The notes: generated from the sequence alone by a model not told the origin. DNA of 64,000 nt from Neoechinorhynchus agilis (GCA_051530055.1 CM121341.1:248001-312000), one strand, 5' to 3'. Numbered from the stretch's first letter, positions 10,951-23,640 are shown. Translations and numbers: made by a program.

Positions 10951-11158
10951 TTGGAATTATTGTTTAGGTCTACACTTGGTAAATGATTATTTATTAAAGA
11001 CGTTCCGAATCTTGTCGGGTTCATCATCAGTTTGTTTGCGGAGGACAAATCTTACTCGAATTTTCCTCCGAAAACAAACTGATGATGAACCCGACGAGGT
11101 TCGAAACGTCTTTAATAAAGAATCATTTACCGGGTGTGGACCTAAACAATTATTCCAA
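10951..11158. repeat. ~100-bp-arm inverted repeat with a hammerhead motif in each arm
   Basis: Arms 10951-~11050 and ~11061-11158 are reverse complements with scattered mismatches. Confidence 0.9.
11076..11113 (+). ncRNA. Minimal hammerhead ribozyme, GUC site
   Basis: AAA-CTGATGA-T-GAACC(CGACGA)GGTTC-GAA-ACGT-C-TTT. Confidence 0.75.
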
Positions 11159-11164
11159 AAGTCA

Positions 11165-11325
11165 GGATATTTGTTGCTATGTGCCTTATATGCTTGCTTT
11201 TGAAGAAGTTTCACGATAGGGGTTATCCATGGTGGGTGGATCTCCAACCGTGATCCACCATGGATAACTCCCATCTTGAAACTCCTTTAAAAGACAGCTT
11301 CTAAGGTCCATCGCAATAACTCTCC
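11165..11325. repeat. Diverged inverted repeat of a PLE-like fragment (F.DRGYP)
   Basis: AAGAAGTTTCACGATAGGGGTTATCCATGGTGG versus CCACCATGGATAACTCCCATCTTGAAACTCCTT; outer arms about 70% similar by eye. Confidence 0.65.
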
Positions 11326-11339
11326 AAACTTTCCCCATT

Positions 11340-11730
11340 TACACAATTCGGCTTCCGGCCCAAATTTTCGGCAACGGATGCCCAACTTTGCATTTACGAC
11401 ACTACTGCGCAACCTCGATAATAATCCCTATCACCGGTCTCATTCAAGTAGATTTGTTCAAAGCATTCGACTTCGTGGACCATTCACCACTTCTCCGGGC
11501 CTGCTCCGATTATGGTCTCAACTTGTGGCAGATCAGCTGGCTCGCCTCTTTTCTTCACAATCGAAAACAAAACATTCTCTGCATGTCTACCTCACCGATG
11601 AGCTTATTCCTCACAAGAGACGTACCTGAAGGTGCTGTGCTGTCACCATTTTTTTCTATTATTTTCATAATCGACCTCAAACCTCTCTCTTCTCACTCTA
11701 GGCTAATCTTACATGCCGACGATCTCCCTT
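11340..11730 (+). mobile_element. L2/CR1-like RT fragment
   Basis: FGFRP, DLFKAFDFVDH, VPEGAVLSP, HADD. Confidence 0.8.
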
Positions 11731-12019
11731 CCAATTCTCAACAACAAACTGCCGCCCCTACAATTCGGCTTAACGGATGTAAATGATGACGCAAGCAAGT
11801 TGGCCGTCGAAAAAACGATGGACAAGGAACCGGAACAAAAGTAATCGAGACTCCGGACCCGAATACGAAGACAAACCACAATGCCGTTATATGAGTAAAT
11901 GGGTCATGGTGGGCAAAGAGATGCAGTAATGCGTCAACGTCAGGCGCAATCACGAGCGTAAAATCAGTAATATTCTAATTGAAGTTTTGGGTGTGTGTTT
12001 AGACATTGATTAAGTGTAA

Positions 12020-12377
12020 TCGAACAACAATAAAGGACCTTAATTGTTAATTCTATGCCTCTCTGCATTCAAATTGATATGTTGGAATATAATAATCCAT
12101 TGTGTACCACCTGATCGAAATAGCGTTCCATCATCCAGAGGGGTATACTCAAGTTCTCTTTTACAGCTCTGGTTGCTAAGCTCTCCAGCCTTATTCTATA
12201 GTTTAGTCTACCTGGAGCAGTATACGGAACAAAGCCGGGACCAAAGCTTAGGATTTCCAGTACTTCACTAGGAAGTACAAAGTTCGAAATATTTACGAAA
12301 TCCATAATATGATACGGTGGAAGGAAAAACCTCCCTTGTGTGAGACGACTAATTTTCCGACACTGACCTTTGTTCAA
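12020..12377 (-). mobile_element. Penelope-like N-terminal fragment
   Basis: FVNISNFVLPSEVLEILSFGPGFVP motif. Confidence 0.7.
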
Positions 12378-12389
12378 AAAACGTATGTT

Positions 12390-13270
12390 TAAAAATTAAA
12401 ACACGTGCTCATGCAGTATCTTTATATTTCGAGCAAATGACATACAAGAAAACAAAAATCGACTGCAGTGTTTTATTTGTGCTTTAGTATATTTGTTTTT
12501 TATAAAGAAAACATGACGTCATCAGTTTTAAAATATGAACACGTTCTCATGCAATATCTCCTGATTTTGACCAAATAACATACAGGAAAACCGAAATCGA
12601 CTTAAGTGCTTTACTGCTGCTTTATTTTTTTCGTTGTTAACATCGATTACATGTTAAATCCATAACGCGCTTACCACTAAAGCAGTCAAAGTTACGTCCG
12701 CCGTTAATTCTTTGCAAAAAACGTCATCAGTTTTAAAAATTAAAACACGTGCCCATGCAATAAATTCATATTTTGAGCGAATAACGTACAGAAAAACAAA
12801 GATCGACTACAGTGTATTATGGGTGTTTTAATATTTTCGTTTTCTACATCGAGAACATGACGTCATATGCTGAAAAACTAGAACACGTGCACACGCTATG
12901 TCCTCTGATTCTGAGGAAATAACATACAGGAATACAGAATTCGACTGCAGTGTTTTATTGCTACTTTATTTTTTTCGTTGTTAACATCGATTACATGTTA
13001 AATCCATAACGCGCTCACCACTAAATCAGTCAAAGTTACGTCCGCCGCTTACTCGTTGCCTAATACGTCATAATTTTTAAAATTTAAGACTCTTACTCAA
13101 GCAACATCTTCCGATTTCGAGCAAATAACATCCAAGAAAACAAAAATGAACTGCAGCGTATAATTGGTGTTTTAGTTTTTTCGTTTTTACATCGAAAATA
13201 TGACGTCATCTGCTGAAAAATTAGAACGCGTGCTTATGCAATATCTTCTGATTTTGAGCAAATATCATGC
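12390..13270. repeat. ~344-bp higher-order tandem repeat (alternating ~138 and ~206 bp monomers)
   Basis: AAAATTAAAACACGTG-like starts at about 12391, 12530, 12736, 12874, 13079, 13217. Confidence 0.8.
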
Positions 13271-13274
13271 AGGA

Positions 13275-13630
13275 CGATGTTGTGAAGCTTCGCTTGCATT
13301 ATTACGACTGAACGCCTCTAAGTCGGAAGCCTACTCAGGAACAACAAAACCAATGCGCACTGGGCGGTCTGGATTTATTACAAATGTGAGAACGAGTGAA
13401 GTTCTCAACGCGGAAATTGAATTTCTCGACGATTTATCTGCCAGCGGCGACTTTATCATCTGCGCTCAGTGTCTACTAATAAAATTAATTGACTAGCGTA
13501 ACTGGTAGCCGTGTTCAATATCTCGCTGTACTTCTGCGTTAAAACATTTGCAAACGATCCAATTCTCGGTAAACGTGTAGAAAATAGTAGTAGCAACAAA
13601 ACTGCGAACTATTTAGACTTATCGTTTCAT
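13275..13630 (+). rRNA. 28S: 3' terminal fragment of 28S rRNA
   Basis: GTGAAGCT...GACTGAACGCCTCTAAGTC.GAA and AAACATTTGCAAACGA...TTCTCGGT...AGTAG.AGC...CTGCGA.CTATT match the LSU 3' end. Confidence 0.75.
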
Positions 13631-13959
13631 CCGGGGTATTTGTGTGTAAAAGACACACTATACTCATCCACAACCCCCGAATAACATGCAGGAAACTTCT
13701 TATGCTGTGACGAATAGAGCCAGTCGAAGAAATCAAGATTATGCCGTGCAGGAGTTAAAGGATTCGGAGGAAACGCAAACTACTATATGATGACTAATAA
13801 AAAAAGAGAAAAAGAGAGAAATGTTATAGTGGGCATGATGTCGTCATGCCCTGGACCGGGTGATACACGGAAGTAACGGCATGCGCGTATATGTGGATGT
13901 GTGCGTTCCGTTTTGTGTAAGATAGAACATGTGTACTGGCGAGTCGGTCACAGTTCCTC

Positions 13960-14450
13960 GATAGGGAAAGCTTAGGACAGAGCTACGAAAGGTGATGCTG
14001 GTGACGTAATAGAAAGTTCTCTAAGCGCGACAGAGAAGCATGTTTAATAAAAAGCTTCATGTTGGTGTGACGTAATTGAATGCTCTCAGAGCATTGCAGA
14101 GAAGCATGCGGTATAAAAAAGATTCATGTTGGTGACGTAATTGAAAGCTCTCTAAATAGGATAGAGAAGCTAATGGTGTAAGCTATATAACGTAAGCAAG
14201 GCTGGCAAAAATGCCGATAAAGAAAAAAATAATAAAATTGTGAAAATGCTTGGTCTTATGACGTAAGCAAGGTAAATGTGTTGAACGCCGTTCAAAACAT
14301 GGGTATACATTAGGGATTCCCTCTCGCGGATTCCCTCACTAGGCAAAGCATAGGACAGAGCTATGCAAGGTGGTGCTTGACGGTGATGTAATTGGAAGTT
14401 CTCTGAGCACAACAGAGAAGCATGCGGTATAAAAAGGTTCATCTTGGTGT
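13960..14450. repeat. ~55-60 bp subrepeats, possibly rDNA intergenic spacer
   Basis: TGACGTAATTGAAAG.TCTCT...AGAGAAGCATG.GGTATAAAAA repeated downstream of the 28S 3' end. Confidence 0.6.
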
Positions 14451-14454
14451 GTTT

Positions 14455-15240
14455 CCGGTTCTCGCGATGGGGTCGTTCGAGCTAGACTGTTGGCAGTTTC
14501 AACGCGAGAATCTCGGGCGTGGTTGGAGGCTGTTCCTCTGGCATCAGTGGGAACTCTTCTTACTGATGAGGTAACGAGGATCGCAGTATCCTTAAGACTT
14601 GGTCTCCCGATGTGCACGCCCCATCGCTGTCGATGTGGGTCTTTGGTTGATGCTTTCGGGCGACACGGTCTCGTCTGCAGAAGGTCAGGAGGAAGGTTCT
14701 CACGCCAATCTGAGATGGACAGCGTAATTTCTCGCGCGTTGCGAACGGCGAACTTCCCGGAACCCGCCCACCTTTGTCGGCGAGACGGCCGTAGGCCCGA
14801 TGGAATTTCGGTCTTCCCGTGGCGGGAGGACAAATGCATTCTCTGGGACGCCACGTGTGTGGACACTCTCGCAGCCGCCAATATCCCCTACTCCCTCGAA
14901 ATCGCCGATGGTGCCGCCAGTGCAGCAGAAGGGAGAAAAATACGGAAATATATTCAGTTATCGAGCTCACTATTTTGTCCCCTTTGGGGTAGAGACGTAT
15001 GGAGCGCTCGGCAACTCGACACACCCTCTGCTCCAGGATCTCTCGAAGAAATTGAGAGAGGCAACTGGAGACTCAAGAGCAGGCGTATTTCTTCGACAAA
15101 ATATCTCGCTGGCAGTACAACGGGGCAATGCTGCCAGCGTGATGGCGACGGTCGAGGAAGGACAAAAGCTGGAATTTGGCGGGAGGTGGTGAGTGTGCTT
15201 CAAACAGATTGTTTGAATTGTTAAAAATATATATCTTTCA
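14455..15240 (+). mobile_element. CRE-clade non-LTR element, 3' fragment (RLE domain)
   Basis: AWL.AVP...LRLG...HRCRCG...HGLVC...RPDG...WDATCVDTLA; frameshifted, then PFGVETYG...QRGNAASV. Confidence 0.88.
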
Positions 15241-15409
15241 AAAAAAACTTTAAAGTATGAAACTTCTTTTGCTGTGACGACTATGATGTTCCGATCAACA
15301 ACTTTAAAGTAAGATATACCCTTTTCGCTGTAACGACTATGATGGTGCGATCGAGAAACATATGATGTGTGCTACGATGTGATAAGAGGGGGTATCCGGT
15401 ATAAAACTT

Positions 15410-15780
15410 AGTCTCGTAACGTAAGCAAAAGTCGCCACGAATGTGTTTTAGCGACAAGTGTATGAAGAAAAATATTGAACATTGTAAAAATGCTTAGACT
15501 TTTGACGTAAGCGATGTTTATGTGTTGAACGGGGTTCAAAAGCTTGGTATACATGGGGACTCCCTCTCGCGGAGTCCATCACTAGGCAAAGCATGGAGCA
15601 GACCTATGCAAGGTGGAGCTTGACGGTGACGTCATTGAAAGCTCTATAAGCGCGACAGAGAAGCATGTGGTATAAAAAGGTTCATGCTGCTGCGACGTAA
15701 TTGAAAGCTCCCTGGGCTGGGCAGAGCGGAAAAAGGTGTCGGCTATATGACGTAGGCAAAGTTGGTAAAAATGTCGATTG
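15410..15780. repeat. Second copy of the 14200-14450 spacer-like block
   Basis: Shared TCCCTCTCGCGGA.TCC.TCACTAGGCAAAGCAT and subrepeat. Confidence 0.75.
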
Positions 15781-15829
15781 TTTACGCTTTTGACACAGTA
15801 AGCCACGATACTGTTTCAAAAACGCTACA

Positions 15830-16180
15830 AGAACGAAACTGTCCAAAGTACTTACGACGATATCTTGATATCTTATGGAGGTGTTAACGTCTTCGCACAT
15901 CCTGCTACACTTTACTAACTCAAGACATTCGGACCCTATTTACTTTCGTCGTGGCGTCATCTTTGCTCTCTGCATCGATGATGCGCTGCAGAAAGCCGGC
16001 GAGTTAGGTCTGGGTAGCGTAATGAGATCTCGCCGTCTAAGTCAGTTGGTCTATGCCGACGACATTCTTCTACTTTCGGATGAGAAGAATGACTTACAAG
16101 TAATGTTGAAGTGCTTATCGTCAATTTTAAAAGAATAAGACCTACACTTGTCGCCTCAGAAGTGCAAGAAATATTCGCAG
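15830..16180 (+). mobile_element. R2-like RT fragment (domains 4-7)
   Basis: FRRGV..FALCIDD...LVYADDILLL...LQVML, similar to family B. Confidence 0.7.
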
Positions 16181-16189
16181 TCATATATA

Positions 16190-19100
16190 AACACGTTTTA
16201 TTAATGTTAGAAAAGCACGATCCACACACTTGCCAGCATCTATCTTTGCTGAAGGTGTCGGGATGACGGATGTTGCGGCAAGGGAGGTGGGACTTGTCTT
16301 TGAATGAGTGTTAATGTGCGATCGGAGGCTTTGTACAGGAGATGACCGATTGGAAGTCTTTCCTTGTTTTCCGGTTATTAAGGAAAGATTGGGCTTGGGG
16401 GAGGAAAGATTTTTGGTAGAGGGTGGTACGAGCGAGGGGGGGGATAAAAAAGGTTGGGGTTACGGGTGTTCACGAGGGAAGAGTATTTAGAGACGGGGGA
16501 GGAAAATTGTGGAGGGGGTTGAAGAAGACGGAGGGCGTTTTTGGAAAAATGGAGTGGAGGTGGGCGTCCAGGGGAGGGAGTGAAGTCCCGCATATTCTCG
16601 CTGCTCTCTTGTGGAAGGTTTCGAGGGAATGGAGAGCATTAACGGAAATGGCAGAAAGATAAAAGTGGGCAAGGTTTTTAGGGGATACGCCGAGACACCG
16701 GAGGAGTTTGCGAAGGTAAAGACGAGGGTTTGTTTTAGAGAGTGTAAATGAAGTGTGGGCATCCCATTTAAGGTTTTCTTGTAAAATCAGGCCCAGTATT
16801 CGGAGAGAAGAGAAGCGTTGGATCGGGAGAGGGAGGGGCGCGGGGATAAGATTGCGTTTGGAAATGTGGGGCAAGCTCAAAAGATTTGGATAAATTCAGG
16901 GCGAGGTTTAGGTTGGAGAACGAGGAAATGAGATGGTTGAGCTCGTCCATGGTTGTGGAGAGGGAGACAGGGTGATGCGATGGTAATGACTGTGAGGTCA
17001 ACTGCATAGAGAAAATATTTGGTAGGGGGAGTGAGGGGGATGGAGGTCATTTAGAAAAATGTCAAAGAGGAGAGGAGAAAGTACGGCGCCTTGGGGGACC
17101 CCTTTAAATATGGGTAGAGAAGAGGAGCAAGTTCTACATTGAATATATTGTTTGCGGTTGGAGAGGAAAGAGGAAATCCAAGCGAGTTGCCAGATTGGGA
17201 GGACAAAGGAAGCACATGCTTGGAGGAGAAGAGAGTGATCTACCGACTCGAACGGCCTGGAAATATCCAGTTGCACGAGACGGACGGTTGATGCTGGACT
17301 GGAATCTAAGCTGCGCCCAAGCGTATCGTAAATGCAGAGGAGGGCGTCAGAACAAGAGTAATTTGGACGGAAAGGGAATTGGGAAGGGGAGATGTTTTTG
17401 AGGAAGAAGGGAAGTAGGCGGGTTTTAAAAAAATTTTCTAAGATTTTAGAGAAAGATGAGAGGATAGAGATGGGACGAAAGGATGTGGGGGAAATCGGCT
17501 TATCGTTTTTGGGTAATGGGACGACACGGGCCTCCTTAAGAGATGATTGGAAAGAGCCCAGTAGAAAGCTATGGTTCGTTATGTGCGTTAGAGGATCTAT
17601 AAGTTCCGGGATGATGAAACGAATGGCCCAATTTGGGATAGTCGAATTACGGGAAAATTAGCGGGGCAGGCGTTTAACGATCTCTAGCATTTCGACGGGG
17701 CTTAACTAAGAAAGGGCATTTATGAATGGGCGGGTCAGAAATTGAGAAAGGAGGTTGGGATAAATGATAGGAGGTTTGGAGAGGACAGAGTTTTTATTCA
17801 TGGAGTCAAGGATTGAGAGGAGATCAGATTTGGGAAGAGATGCGAAGGGGGTGGATCTACCAAGACCAGTGACATTTTTTATTTCAAGCCACCAGTTTCG
17901 ATTGGGAACGGACGAGAGACGAGATGAGAAGAATAATTTGCGGCTATACGGATGCGTGGGAAGGGTTAGCAGGATTACCTGACCGGAAAGCTTTGGTGAC
18001 TTGGATTTGAAGGGTTGTTAGAAAAGGCGAGAGCTATAGAGGGACTCGGTTCGAGATTCGTATTGTTTTGCGAGGAAAGGAGGCCTTCATCGCAGATTCT
18101 ATTAGATTTAACAAAGAGCCCATCGCAATCGAGGGGTCGGTGCCAAAGATGGTAAAGGAACAATGGTCAGACGATGCGACCGGGGGGAATTTAGTAGTGC
18201 ACGAATATTGCCTGATGTTTAAGAAAATTTTATCAAGGCGGGAGGAGAAGCGTGTGGGGAAAGTAACGAGTTGGGAGAGATGAGAGAGCGAGGGCGGGAT
18301 CGGCAGTTTTATTAAAATCGCCCGATATGATGAAGTGATCTGAGGAAGTGGAAAGTAGGTCAGTGAATAGGTGGTCTATTTGTTGAAGTGCGTTGGGGAT
18401 GTTTGAGGAAAGAGGGCGATAGAGGCCAGCGATAGAGATCTCACGTTGGCCATTGCGGAGGGGGAGATGAAATTGGATGTGTAGCTATTCAAGATAGTTG
18501 GAGATGAAAAGGTAGGGTGAAGAGCAATGGTAAGGGAGGGAGGCGCGGATGAAGATCGTTATGCCTCCCCCGTTTCGGAAGTCCCTTGTGAGGTGAAAAC
18601 CTTGAAAGTTTGGAAGGAAGGCAGATAATTTGCTATGGGGTGAGAGCCATATTTCCGTAATTACAAGGATGTCGGCGTTGCAAGAAGAGGCAACTATATG
18701 GAGCTCATCCAGTTTGGGGAGGAGGCTGCGGATGTTAGAATAAAAGATTATTGCAAAGGGATGTTTAGAAGGCACATGAGGGGTGGACACTGACAGAGAG
18801 GATTGAAGCTGCGCAGAGAGATAAGGGGTGGGAGTTGACCGATGGAGTAGTTCGGGGTAATGGATTCGTGGGTGGAAACTGTAGTATGGGGATATTTGAG
18901 TGTAGGGACCATAAGGGTGGGAACTGTGTATGCGGTATGAACTCGGGGGGAAAGAAGATATTGGGAGTTGAAGAGGTGGTGGTAAGGGGTGAGGTAGTGT
19001 AAGCGTCCAAGGTATTTTTCGCTTCTGAGGGGCGAAGCGAGGGTTCGGTTTTAATGGTGGAGCAGAGTGAGAAATAGAGTGCAGGGACGAGTGAAGAGGG

Positions 19101-19520
19101 TTATGCGAGATGATAGGAACGGAATTAAGGAAGGGAGAAGATCTTTGAAGAGAAGTCGAATTTGAGTGTGCAGAGGAGTCTTGGAGGGCGCCGACAGCTA
19201 AGGGTGGGTGGACAGTATTTAAAGAGTGAAGCGAGGGAGAAGAGGAGGTTTGGGGTGGGGAAACTGGAGATTGAAGGGGTTGGGGATTAGGGTTTGGGAG
19301 TGGTAAGTGTTTGAGTAGTTATTGGGAAGCGGGGGGAACCGGGGTACAGGGTTTGAGCAAGGCGGCAGTACAGAAACCGCAAATAAATTTCCTGCCTGCT
19401 GCCCAAGTATTTGTGACGAATATTTGAGTTTTTTCCGGACAATTGTCCCTGTTACAGGGGACGAGCTTGGTGGTTGGGCGCTTTGGCTTCGGCATTGATT
19501 GCAAGTGTTTATGACGTTAG
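16190..19520 (-). mobile_element. L2/CR1-like LINE, near full length, decayed (ORF1, APE, RT)
   Basis: ORF1 C..C/C..C motif (19319-19504); YSNIRSLLPKLDEL..DILVITEIWL; GVPQGAVLSPLLF; LGLILQENLKWDAH. Confidence 0.85.
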
Positions 19521-19739
19521 ATCATGCGACGACGTTCATCGCGTGACGACGCCGATGGTCACAGATTTGTTTGCAATTGTTTACGATGTTGGATCTTGTG
19601 ACGGGATGATGTGTGATGACGACGAGAGAGAACGTTGACGATTGACGAGAGAGAACGTTGACGAAAGAACGTTGACCCAGAGAGCGAACATTAATATTCT
19701 TCTCACAATTGCGAATCATCCTACATTTTGATATCGATT

Positions 19740-20440
19740 GAGTAAAAAGTAAAACTTGATACCATAATCAACGGAGACCCAATACAATCTATCGGAGGCA
19801 CTCTTTGGATGGCCATAACAATTGATTCTATATAGAATGATATCAATTGGTTATTTCTAAAAACAGGGGAAGCAGGCTTGAGGCCAACACAAGCTGCGCA
19901 TCTCATTAACGATTACGGATTGCCGCGAATAATAACACAACTTCAAGCAGCTCATGATATTTCCGTAACAAACCATGATTCAATCGAGCAATTATGGAGG
20001 ACAAAGTTTAAGAAACTTTTATTTCTACCTTATTATCTAAACTATGGCGCAATATTCCTGCCTCTAAACAAAGGTGGTTTTGGATATAAATCGATAAAAC
20101 ATTCAGTCATGGACTTGCGACTAAAAGCGTATATTAACGCAAAGGATCGTTGCCGTGAAGTCCACATCTTATTTGAATACAACAAAATTGTCCAAAAATA
20201 CTACGAGAGACTTGGCTCGACTGAAGAAATAGCGGATACAGTGCGCGCGAAGGCATTGCACATCTCCAGCAACATCAATAAGTGAACCATAGATAAGATG
20301 CAATCGCAGGGCATTGAAGCATTCACAAGCGGCGATTTTAATCGGACAGCTTTATCATTACGATACAGACAGGGCAATCACAAACACTATAATGAATTAG
20401 TAAAGATGCGATTTCAATTGGGCAACAATCGATCACAACA
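19740..20440 (+). mobile_element. R2-like thumb/C-terminal fragment of a third family
   Basis: PTQAAHLINDYGLPRI...LWRTKFKKLLFLP...LPLNKGGFG, homologous to but diverged from family B. Confidence 0.8.
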
Positions 20441-20494
20441 GAACAAGGATATGCCGGCATTGTTCGACCCAAGCTGAATCACAAATAACAGCTT

Positions 20495-21105
20495 CACGCT
20501 TTCGCTTTTTGTGAATACCTTTAATTTAGACACGCGTTTCGGAAACACGCATTTTTCACATTCGAAATAATTTAATCTAAATTCGGTATTCGAAAGCGGG
20601 TTCACGCTTTCGCTTTTTGTGAATACCTTTAATTTAGACACGCGTTTCGGAAACACGCATTTTTCACATTCGAAATAATTTAATCTAAATTCGGTATTCG
20701 AAAGCGGGTTCACGCTTTCGCTTTTTGTGAATACCTTTAATTTAGACACGCGTTTCGGAAACACGCATTTTTCACATTCGAAATAATTTAATCTATATTC
20801 GGTATTCGAAAGCGGGTTCACGTTTTTGCCTTTTGTGAATACCTTTAATTTAGACACGCGTTTCGGAAACACGCATTTTTCACATTCGAAATAATATAAT
20901 ATAAATTCGATATTCGAAAGCGAGTTCACGTATTCGTGTTTTGTGAATATCTTTAATTTAGACACGCGTTAAGGAAAAATGCATTTTTTACTTTCAAAAT
21001 AATTTAATCTAAATTCGGTATTCGATAGCGCATTCACGTTTTCGCTTTTTGTGAATACCTTTAATATAGACCCGCGTTTCGGAAACATGCCTGTTTCACA
21101 CTCGA
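20495..21105. repeat. 108-bp tandem repeat, about 5.5 copies
   Basis: CACGCTTTCGCTTTTTGTGAATACC recurs at 20495, 20603 and onward. Confidence 0.95.
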
Positions 21106-21216
21106 AATCATTTAATCAGTGCCCGTTTCGTTTCAATCGTAGGGGATGTTTTTCTTATTAACAATATTCTTAAATCAATAGTACATAACACGTCCACCAT
21201 GTCACCTTCATTTGAT

Positions 21217-21787
21217 TTACAATATGATGAACGTATCGGTATCACAGAGTTGCTCATTTTGAGTAGAGGATTGAGCATCTTCACTGCTGGCCGATATTGC
21301 AGATCCCCCGGTATTAAAGCCTTCGTCGCAGTCGTCATCGGAGCATTCCTCTGGGATCGGCGATAAGAGACCGGAATTCAGACTTAAGCGTTCGTAAGAA
21401 TGGGTTCTTATTTCGTGCATTCTGTCTTTCATCTGTTTAATTCGAAGAAGTTGTTGCTCGATTTGCTCTACAACAGACAGTGTGTGGAGTTTGTTGTGGG
21501 CTGCGCACAAGGACTTCGGGAAGTTTACTAGTTGGTCAATTTTGTCATCTAAAAGATTTAGACCGATGTTTTCCCAATCAGTCTTAACCTGATTCATGTG
21601 AGAATGTGTCAAAACTGCACCAAGAGCATTCATCCGTCGCATTACGAGATCCTGTTAGGCTTAAGCTTGATATTGAAGAAGGAATTCCAAGAGATGTAGT
21701 CGTATCAGTGTTATAATCATCACTATTGCTTTCATCTAATTTAAATAAGCAATTGCTGTACATGTTCCTCGGCTTTTTTGTGAGCAA
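21217..21787 (-). pseudogene. Possible frameshifted coding fragment (acidic/Ser-rich plus coiled coil), unidentified
   Basis: Two overlapping coding-like ORFs; no family recognised. Confidence 0.25.
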
Positions 21788-22127
21788 AGAAAACTTTTGT
21801 GAATTTTCTGTAGCGCTGACTCACACGTGAGCACGTACATTTTGAAGAAGGAGAATGCGATGAATTGTGGGAGTGAGTAGGTTACTCAGATACACCTTGA
21901 GTCTCAGTTATTGCCCGATAATACACCGAAATGTACCCATCTCGATTCAGAAATGAGTTTTTGGATAATCTGAAGCGTCGGATGTGCTAAGTGGGAACTT
22001 GCAACGGTTTCTTTAAACGGTTTTTGGCGACGAATACTTACTAAGTATTCAGAACTTTTAAGATCGCTACTTGAAATTTTAAAGGCTGCTATCATGTCAC
22101 AATGATCAACAATATAACTTATACTCG

Positions 22128-22380
22128 TAGCAACAATAACGGCCCAGCTCACTGCCGCTAAAGGTCTTGTGTCCATAATGCTGGCCGCGTTCCCTCGCTT
22201 TACAGTCATGTTTATCTTCTGTATTAAGAAAGTCTTACTTTTGTAGTGGCCAGTCGCTTCTCTCATTCGACGGCCCAATCCGCCGCTTAGTTTAAGGGCC
22301 CATTTCCCGGCGTCTCAAATTTCTCGACCCCGAATGGCAAGAAATCGTGGTCGTTGCCTAAAATTTTAAGATGCTGCGCC
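22128..22380 (-). mobile_element. CRE 3' end fragment
   Basis: PFGVE...GRRMREATG...KRGNAASIM; near-identical copy at 43965-44194. Confidence 0.85.
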
Positions 22381-23499
22381 GGAATTTAAAGAAAAGTCAA
22401 ATCGTTTAATTGTATATTATACAAATTATTCTTACAATACAGCATTGATCTTTAGAAAGCGGAAAGTATGAGTTTGAGATGTTGTAATGGCGAGCTACAT
22501 ATCCCGCTGCTGGCATCCTGCAATTTTCTTGCATCTTGAAGTCCCCTGCAGTTATATTTAGATTAAATATGATCGATTTATTGCGAGAATATACCAATGA
22601 TATTTAACACTGAATGGTCATGTAATTTGTGTTTTGACAGATATAACGGCTCAGAAGTCTACGACTTGTAACAATCTTCGGTTTTTGTAAGTATTCTTTA
22701 TCGCTTATATTAATATGTTGTTCACGCAGCTGCATGTTTTAAGTTTTTCATTTATTTTTGTTTTAACCGAATGTATCTATTCGCATACTGCAACTGAACA
22801 AAAAACATCAAACTAATGTGTATTTTTTGGGCTTCCGGTACTAAGCAGTGCTTTTAGATGAATCACGAACACAGAAAGCTGTATTTTGACACACAAATGT
22901 TTCAAACTCATCACCTAGCCGCCGAAAGCCCATTGATCCATGGTCCTTAAGCAGCTTAGGGAATGCCGTTCCTTGCATAATATTTATAAACAATGGGTAT
23001 AGCAGATGAAAAAAGGCAAAAGAAACGTAAATATAGTCGTAGATGCGAAATATAAAGCTGAAACCTTCGTTGTTGATTTTAAAAACAGGAGTTTACCCCA
23101 CGAATTTTTGCACCATACTTTCTTATCGAGTTAACGCTAAAGAAAATCGACGTGGTTTGTATTGGAAGCTACTATAGAAGAGCGTTTGCACCTATGACAT
23201 TTACGACTTCTTAGATTTAATTCGGACAGATAGGCAATCAGAAAACGCAAAGCAGTATCAACTACACATAACCACTGAGCGAGAACACAGCAGCGCTGGT
23301 GAATAAAACAGAGAAGATAAATCAAAATACGCACGATGATAATTTCTCTGTTCTGTATACATTATGTGAATGCCGGTTTTTTATGCGAGTAATATTCTAA
23401 CAGCAAGTCTCCAGGTAACTGATCAACTCAATCGATTAAATGAACAAAAGGTATTTACAAACATACCGTCCTGGTGTAGTGGTCAATAGGACGGATATA

Positions 23500-23640
23500 A
23501 AGACGTTTTATTAATTAATGTAATAAATGCACGATCCACACACTTGCCAGCTTCTATCTTTGCTGAAGGTGTCTGGATGACGGATGTTAAAGGCAAGGGA
23601 GGTGGGACTTGTCTTTGAAGGGGTGTTAATGTGCGACGAC
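23500..23640 (-). mobile_element. 3' end of the L2/CR1 family
   Basis: GCACGATCCACACACTTGCCAGC.TCTATCTTTGCTGAAGGTGTC shared with 16215-16320. Confidence 0.85.

Noticed and set aside
20414-20965. 183-aa ORF with 36-aa repeats
   Set aside because: By-product of the 108-bp satellite, whose length is divisible by three; no family motif.
21530-21590. Small hairpin AGACTGAT/ATCGGTCT after TA as a seventh intron
   Set aside because: No TA-to-TA removal gives the required frame; the nearest one creates a stop.
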